A stretch of 64,000 nucleotides of DNA from an uncultured delta proteobacterium (GTDB lineage Bacteria > Myxococcota_A > UBA9160 > UBA4427), in contig CAWGJT010000010.1 in NCBI GenBank assembly GCA_963822965.1, forward strand, positions 160,001 to 224,000, in the 5' to 3' direction. Position 1 is the stretch's first letter. Each line of letters starts with the position of its first letter. The notes under the pieces were generated by a model. That model ran no database searches and had not been told where the DNA came from. It worked only from the letters and a program-made list of their open reading frames with translations. Of the stretch, positions 59,984 to 64,000 are shown piece after piece. Made by a program: the position numbers and the translations under genes.

Positions 59984-60024
59984 TTCCCCGCCACCGCGCG
60001 CCCCTCGGCTGTTAGGCTCTCGTG

Positions 60025-61418
60025 ATGCCGCAGACGCGCCCGCTCGTCGCTGCTCTCGAAGCGGAGCGCATGACTCCGTACCTCTGGTTCCTGTTCCTGC
60101 TGCTCTCCACGGCCACCCTCTTCGACGGCTTCGACGCGGGCATGCTGAGCTTCGCGGCGCCGGAGTCGCGGCAGAGCCTGCACATCGACCGCTCCGAGTG
60201 GGGATACATCAACTCCATCGTCCGGGTGGGGGTGTGGGCGTCGTTCGTGTTCCTGCTCTATGCCGACCGCTTCGGCCGGCGCCGACTGATGACGGTCACG
60301 GTGGTGGGCTTCGCGCTCTTCAACGGGCTCACGGCCTTCGTGACGGACAAGTACCAGTTCACGGCCTGTCAGCTGCTCGCGCGGCTCTTCCTCACGGCCG
60401 AGTACTCGCTGGCGGTGATCATGGCGGGCGAGGAGTTCCCGGCGCGCTACCGGGGCCGGGCCATCGCGATCCTCACGAGCCTCGCCACCGTCGGCGTCAT
60501 GCTGATGGCCAAGGGGGTGCAGCCGAACGTGCTGCTCGACGGAGGGCGCCCCGGGAAACTGGCTGCACGACCTGGGGAGCGGAATCGTCGCCGTCGTGCA
60601 GGGCGCCTTCGGGCTGACGCCGGGACGGCGCGAACTGGCGGGCCCTGTACGTGCTGGGCCTGTTTCCCCTGGCGCTGATCGTGGTGCTGCGGCTCGCCAT
60701 GCGCGAGACCCGACGCTTCGAGGCGGTGAGGCTGGAGCAGGGCGCGGACGGCGCGGACCCCCGGCCCGGGCTGCGCGAGATGCTGCGCCAGGCGGCCGTC
60801 CCGTGGCGGCCGGAGTACCGGCGGCGGACCGCGATCGTCACCCTGCTGTGGAACTCCGTCTACATCGTGACCGGACCGTCGGTGGTCTACTACGTCATCT
60901 TCGCCCGCGAGGATCTCGGCCTCTCGCCCCACACGGTGGGCGACATCATCTTCTACGGCTACTTCGGCGGCACGGCGGGGCACTTCGTGGCCGCCTGGCT
61001 GATCGAGCGGATCGGTCGCAAGCGCACGTGCGCGGGCTTCTACGTGCTGGCGGCGATCTCGATCGCCATGCTGTACCAGCACACCAGCCTCTTCGGCCAG
61101 TACCTGTGGATGATCTCCACCGTCTTCTCCTTCGCCGCCGCCAATACCGCGACCCACGTCTATGCGTCCGAGCTCTTCCCCACGTCCATCCGCGCCACCG
61201 GCTACGCGTGGACCACGAACCTGACCGGTCGCATCACCGAGGTGGTGACGCCGGCTCTGATCGGCGGCCTGATCTACTTCATCGGCATCTCGTGGTCCAT
61301 CGCGGTGGTGGCGATCGGTCCCGTGCTCGGCGCCGTGCTGGTGATGCGCTACGCGCCGGAGACCCGGGGGCTCACCCTCGAGCAGATCCAGGACGAGCTG
61401 GCGCGCAGCGCGGCCTGA
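60025..61418 (+). CDS. MFS transporter, two apparent +1 frameshifts
   Basis: LFDGFD, ADRFGRR, EEFPARYRG and SELFPTSIRATG motifs; removing one G at about 60541 and one at about 60623 gives a continuous ORF. Confidence 0.8.
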
Positions 61419-61458
61419 AGGACCGGCGCCGCATGGCGCCGCGTCGGGAGACGACTTC

Positions 61459-62696
61459 GTGAGGACCGAGGGCGAGGGAGCGGACAGCGGGAGCAGCCGG
61501 CCGTTGCGGGCGCGCCTGCGCCGCCACGGGCTCGCGCGGCGGCCGGAGCCGATCCGTTCGCTGGTGCCGACCCGGCGCCTCCGCTTCACCGAGGGCAACC
61601 GCGTCGATCTCTTCGACACGGGCCGCAAGGGGCTTGCGGCCATGCGGGCGGCGATCGAGTCGGCCCGGGATCGCGTCCACCTCGAGACCTACATCCTGCG
61701 GGCGGACTCCGTCGGCCTGGCCTTCCTCGAGACCCTTCGGGACCGAGCCGAGGCGGGGGTCGACGTGCGGCTGCTCTACGACGCCGTCGGCTCCCGGGGC
61801 CTCGACGTCCGGGAGCTCCGGCCGCTGGTGGAGACGGGGGCCGAGGTGATCGCCTTCAACCCCATCGCGAGGGGCTATCCCCGCTTCGCGCCGCGGCGCC
61901 GCGATCACCGCAAGATCCTGGTGGTGGACGGGCGACGTCGCGTTCACCGGCGGCCTCAACATCGGCGACGAGTACGCGGCGGGGCTCGGCGGGTACGCCC
62001 GGGACGAGTGGCGCGATGCGCACGTGCGCCTCGAGGGGCCCGTGGTCCGGGACCTCGAGGCGGTCTTCCTCGAGAGCTGGTTCCGGGCGAACGGGCCGGG
62101 CCTGCCGTGGAGCGCTCTCCTGGGCCGGGAGCCGGAGCCGGCCGGCGACATCCGCTGCGCGGTGTTGGCCGACGGTCCCGTCTACCGGCGGCGGCGGATG
62201 CGCGAGCTGATCGTGTCGGCGCTCGACGCCGCGGACGAGGACGCGCTGCTGACGAGCCCCTACTTCGCGCCCGGACGCCGGGTGCTCGACGCGCTGTCCC
62301 GGGCGAGCCAGCGCGGCGTCCACGTCGACTTGATGCTCGCCGGCCGCACCGACCATCCGCTGCTGCGCCGGGCCGCGCGTTCGATCGTGCCCCGGCTGCT
62401 GCGGACCGGGCGTCGGGTTCTACGAGTACGAGCGCTCGATGCTGCACGCCAAGCTCGCGGTGTTCGACGGCGAGTGGGCGATCGTCGGCACCTCGAACCT
62501 CGATCGCCAGAGCTTCGAGCACAACTTCGAGGTGAACCTGGTCGTCGAGGGGGGCGGGGTCCCCGAGCGGCTGCGCGCGCGTTTCCAGCAGGACCGGGCC
62601 GCCGCCCGCCCCGTGGATGCCGCGGCCCTGGCGTCCCGCGGTCCCATCGAACGGCTGGTGGATCGAATCGCGGCGCTGGCGCTCTTCCTGGTGTGA
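61459..62696 (+). CDS. cls: Cardiolipin synthase / phospholipase D, two apparent +1 frameshifts
   Basis: Two HKD motifs (HRKILVVD, HAKLAVFD); removing one G at about 61931 and one at about 62409 restores GDVAFTGGLNIGDEY and GFYEYERSMLHAK. Confidence 0.85.
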
Positions 62697-62732
62697 GGCG
62701 CCGGACCACGGCGCAAGACGAGCGGGGCTCGC

Positions 62733-63579
62733 TCACGGTCCGCCCAGCTGCAGGGCGAGGATGCGCGCGAGCGCCGGCTTCCAGCTCTTCCAGTCGTGTC
62801 CGCCGGCGAAGACGAGCACGGCGTGCGGAATTCCGTACTGGCTCAGGTGCCGTTCGAAGCGCTCGTTGCTCGCCACCAGGTCGGCCTTGTCGTGGCTGCC
62901 CCACGCGAGCATCAGGCGCAGGCCCGCGAGGTCTTCCGGCCGGGTCCACACCCGGTAGGGGTCCTCGCGTTCGATCGTCTCGCGCTCGGGGTCGCCCCAG
63001 ATGCGCCGGATGGGCACGAAGAAGCGCAGCAGCCCCTCGTTGGCGAAGGCGAGGGCGTCGTCCGTGTCGAAGATCGGTGCGCTCACCAGCGAAGCGCTCG
63101 CGAAGAAGCCCGGCTCGAGCAGCGCGAAGCGCAGGGCGCCATGGCCGCCCATGGAGACCCCGACGAGGTGGCAGCCCCGGGGACAGGGGCGCGTACCGTA
63201 CACGGCGGCGACGTGGGGGACGAGCTCCCGCAGCACCCAGTCGCGGTAGCGGTAGCTGCCGTCGGCCCAGTTCTCCCAGAAGCCGAGATCGCCCTGGGGC
63301 ACCACGACGACCATCCGGGGCAGCTCGCCGGCCGCGATGCGCGCGTCCAGGTCCTGGCCGAAGCCCGCGCGATCGAAGCAGTCGGGTCCGTCGCCGGCGC
63401 CGTGCAGGAAGACCACGAGGGGAAGCGCCTCGGCGGGCGAGAACGCCGGCGGCAGGTAGATCGCATAGCGAAGCACGCGGTCGCTTCCCGGCAGCGGCGA
63501 GCTCCTCGTACGCAAGCCGCTTCGGGGGAGCCTGGCATGCGGTTCCGGCCAGCGTCAGCGCCATCAGGAGGGCCGCCAC
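62733..63579 (-). CDS. Lipoprotein alpha/beta-hydrolase (putative esterase), one apparent frameshift
   Basis: GTAC lipobox in one frame; YAIYLPP, FLHG, GVSMGG and GGHDW in another; joined by removing one base of the CCC run at 63487-63489. Confidence 0.8.
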
Positions 63580-63712
63580 GGCGGGGCGACGCCCTCGCCG
63601 GTGTTCACCGGGAGGGCAGGGGCTGCCGAGAACGCGGGCGCCGCGGCGTCTCGGAACGGCAGGTCTGTGCGGGCGCTCGCGCGACGGAGCCGGATTCCGC
63701 ACGGATCTCGGC

Positions 63713-63727
63713 TGGCATGACCCTTGC
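63713..63727 (+). promoter_or_regulatory. Possible sigma-54 promoter pointing out of the window
   Basis: TGGCATGacccTTGC matches -24/-12 spacing; no target gene is visible. Confidence 0.4.
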
Positions 63728-64000
63728 GTCGGTGGACGCACGGGAGTGTTCCGTCGACGGGGTGAGGACCGAGGCGCCGGCGGGCCGCAGGGTCTGCTGG
63801 GGCCGGGGGGAGGAGCTCGAAGCGAAGTTCGGTCGTGGGCGGCGTGGGCGGAGCCTCGGCTCCACCGGGAGGTCTGCTGATCCGGGTCGTAAAGGTGCAG
63901 ATCGCCCGGCCGCGCCGTCCACCACCCGGGGGCGCCGGTCCATCAACCGCTCGGATCGAGACCGCGTCGGCGCAGCTCTCGTGCGAGTCGCACCGTGTCG

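Noticed and set aside
63730..64000. Gene at the right edge
   Set aside because: No convincing ORF or motif within the available sequence

Overview
Very GC-rich (about 70% or more by eye) bacterial chromosomal segment with about 58 tightly packed genes. No rRNA, tRNA, CRISPR array, transposase or phage gene was seen. Gene content (DUF4388-type REC-TPR protein, PEP-CTERM-like tail, many lipoproteins, F420-type LLM oxidoreductase, GSIII) suggests a diderm of Myxococcota/deltaproteobacterial type; this is inference. Highlights: (1) a B12-photoreceptor (CarH/LitR-type) photo-oxidative-stress island at about 31.8-45.1 kb. It has a shared palindromic operator at both promoters, Cfa/DUF1365/FAD-oxidoreductase lipid-modification genes and a photolyase. 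It also hides a probable selenoprotein missed by the ORF track: a peroxiredoxin-like UxxC domain (in-frame TGA plus SECIS-like hairpin) fused to an SDR. (2) A class D sortase next to a 95-aa substrate carrying both an N-terminal lipoprotein signal and a C-terminal LPKTA sorting signal, a possible sortase-based envelope tether. (3) An orphan GspG-like pseudopilin co-transcribed with a HAMP-GAF-HD-GYP phosphodiesterase. (4) A stand-alone IucA/IucC-like ligase behind cbpA-cbpM. (5) A possible BPI/LBP-like protein with a PEP-CTERM-like tail. Housekeeping genes include fhs, GSIII, zwf-pgl-gnd (zwf apparently starting at ATC) and a cardiolipin synthase. Many short tandem duplications sit at gene starts and ends. 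Five single-base frameshifts in G/C runs in the last 4 kb look like sequencing errors. All family assignments come from motif recognition, not database searches.
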